From: Myxococcota bacterium
GTDB lineage: Bacteria > Myxococcota_A > UBA9160 > SZUA-336
DNA: 64,000 nucleotides
NCBI GenBank assembly: GCA_040902485.1
Contig: JBBDXF010000029.1
Span: 244,318-308,317 of the forward strand
Reading direction: 5' to 3'
Shown: positions 63,077 through 64,000 of the stretch, in pieces
Layout: each line of letters starts with the position of its first letter
Numbering within the stretch: position 1 is the stretch's first letter
Notes under the pieces: generated by a model
What the model was told of the DNA's origin: nothing
Databases searched by the model: none
The model's input: only the letters and a program-made list of their open reading frames with translations
Position numbers and translations under genes: made by a program

Positions 63077-64000
63077 GCGGCGGATCGGCCCCGTAGGCGC
63101 TTCCGCGCGCCTGGAGCATGCGCGCGGGGGCGTCGTCGGGAGCGAGCTGGAGCAGCCGCGCGAGCGCGCGCGCGGACGCGTCCCAGTCGCGGGCGCGGTA
63201 GGCCGCGAGCGCCTCGGCGTAGTGCGCGAGCACGTTCAGCGTGCGCGCGTCGACCTCGCCGGCCAGGCCGACCAGCTCGAAGATGCGCACCTCGGCGCGC
63301 CGGCCCAGCACGCGCACGGTGTCGAGCTCGCGCGTGACGAAGCCCTCGCCGGCCCGCGCGCGCGTCGCTTCCGAGATCAGTACGCGCGTGCCGTACGCCT
63401 TGTTCGCGCCCTCCAGGCGACTCGCCAGGTTCATGCCGTCGCCGACCACGCCGTAGGTGCCCCGCTCGACGGAGCCGATCTCGCCGGCGACGAGCTCGGC
63501 CGTGTGCAGACCCATGCGATAGCGCGGAGCGAGCACGCCGCGCTCCGACCAGCGCGCGCACAGCGCGTCGAGCCGGATCGACGCGGCCAGCGCGGCGCGA
63601 CAGGCGCGGGGCGCGTGGTCCGGCTGCTCGATCGGCGCGCCCCAGAACGCCACCACGCCGTCGCCCTGGAACTCCTTGACGGTGCCGTCGTGCTCGAGCA
63701 CCGCCCCGCAGACCGCCTCGAAGTACTCGTTCAGGTGCGCGACCACCGCCTCGGGCTCGAGCTCCTCCGCGAGCTCGGTGAAGCCGCCGAGGTCGACGAA
63801 CAGCACCGTCAGCTCGCGACGCACGCCCGCGAGCGCCGCTCGGCCCGGCGCGCGCAGCAGCTCCGCGGCCACGCCCTTCGAGACGTAGCGCTCGAGCGTC
63901 TGCTTGATCAGCTCGCGCTCGGCGAGTCCCGACGCCATCTCGTTGAAGGCTGCGCCGAGCGCCTCGAGCTCGTCGCCGGTCCCGATCTCGACGCGCGTCT
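63036..64000 (-). CDS. class III adenylate/guanylate cyclase catalytic domain protein (N-terminus beyond the window)
   Basis: LTVLFVDLGGFTELAE…FQGDGVVAFWGAP…GLHTAELVAGEIGS…YGVVGDGMNLASRLEG is the CYTH-unrelated class III cyclase core. The ORF is open to the window edge. Confidence 0.7.
   Translation of the reverse strand, partial: TRVEIGTGDELEALGAAFNEMASGLAERELIKQTLERYVSKGVAAELLRAPGRAALAGVRRELTVLFVDLGGFTELAEELEPEAVVAHLNEYFEAVCGAVLEHDGTVKEFQGDGVVAFWGAPIEQPDHAPRACRAALAASIRLDALCARWSERGVLAPRYRMGLHTAELVAGEIGSVERGTYGVVGDGMNLASRLEGANKAYGTRVLISEATRARAGEGFVTRELDTVRVLGRRAEVRIFELVGLAGEVDARTLNVLAHYAEALAAYRARDWDASARALARLLQLAPDDAPARMLQARGSAYGADPPPSDWDGVFALDAK

Noticed and set aside
1-64000. CRISPR arrays, IS elements or integrases
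   Set aside because: No regularly spaced direct repeats of CRISPR type, no transposase or integrase-like ORFs, and no terminal inverted repeats were seen; the window appears to be core chromosome.

Overview
This is a high-GC (about 70%) bacterial chromosomal segment from a Gram-negative organism, with TonB systems, four PEP-CTERM proteins and PilT paralogs, consistent with a Myxococcota-like or other high-GC proteobacterial lineage. Gene content: (i) a divergent Lrp-regulated 2-oxoacid dehydrogenase E1/E2 operon; (ii) a lipid or steroid-type catabolic regulon (acyl-CoA synthetase, LLM oxidoreductase, an adjacent alpha/beta acyl-CoA dehydrogenase pair, enoyl-CoA hydratase, amidohydrolase, CYP125-like P450) whose promoter regions carry a recurring KstR-like palindrome (TAGAACGTGTTCTA / TTGGAACACGTTCCAA); (iii) a complete TonB2-type (Ttp-like) energy-transduction cluster with DUF3450, long ExbB-like, ExbB, two ExbD, TonB and a TPR protein; (iv) three TonB-dependent receptors, one BtuB-like, plus a PEP-CTERM protein gene, preceded by two divergently oriented cobalamin riboswitches; (v) a PhoB-like response regulator, ppk and a SixA::Ppx fusion; (vi) two tandem pilT paralogs; (vii) a DsbA/FrnE-like gene with an in-frame UGA at the first Cys of its CxxC motif, followed by a hairpin, making it a candidate selenoprotein; (viii) housekeeping genes gor, folB, aat, truD, mgtE, rlmB-like, a SNF2 helicase, and LysR, TetR and MerR regulators. 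Many long ORFs in the six-frame track are GC-driven antisense or frame artifacts and were not called. All coordinates come from manual translation and start-codon inspection; no homology search was possible.
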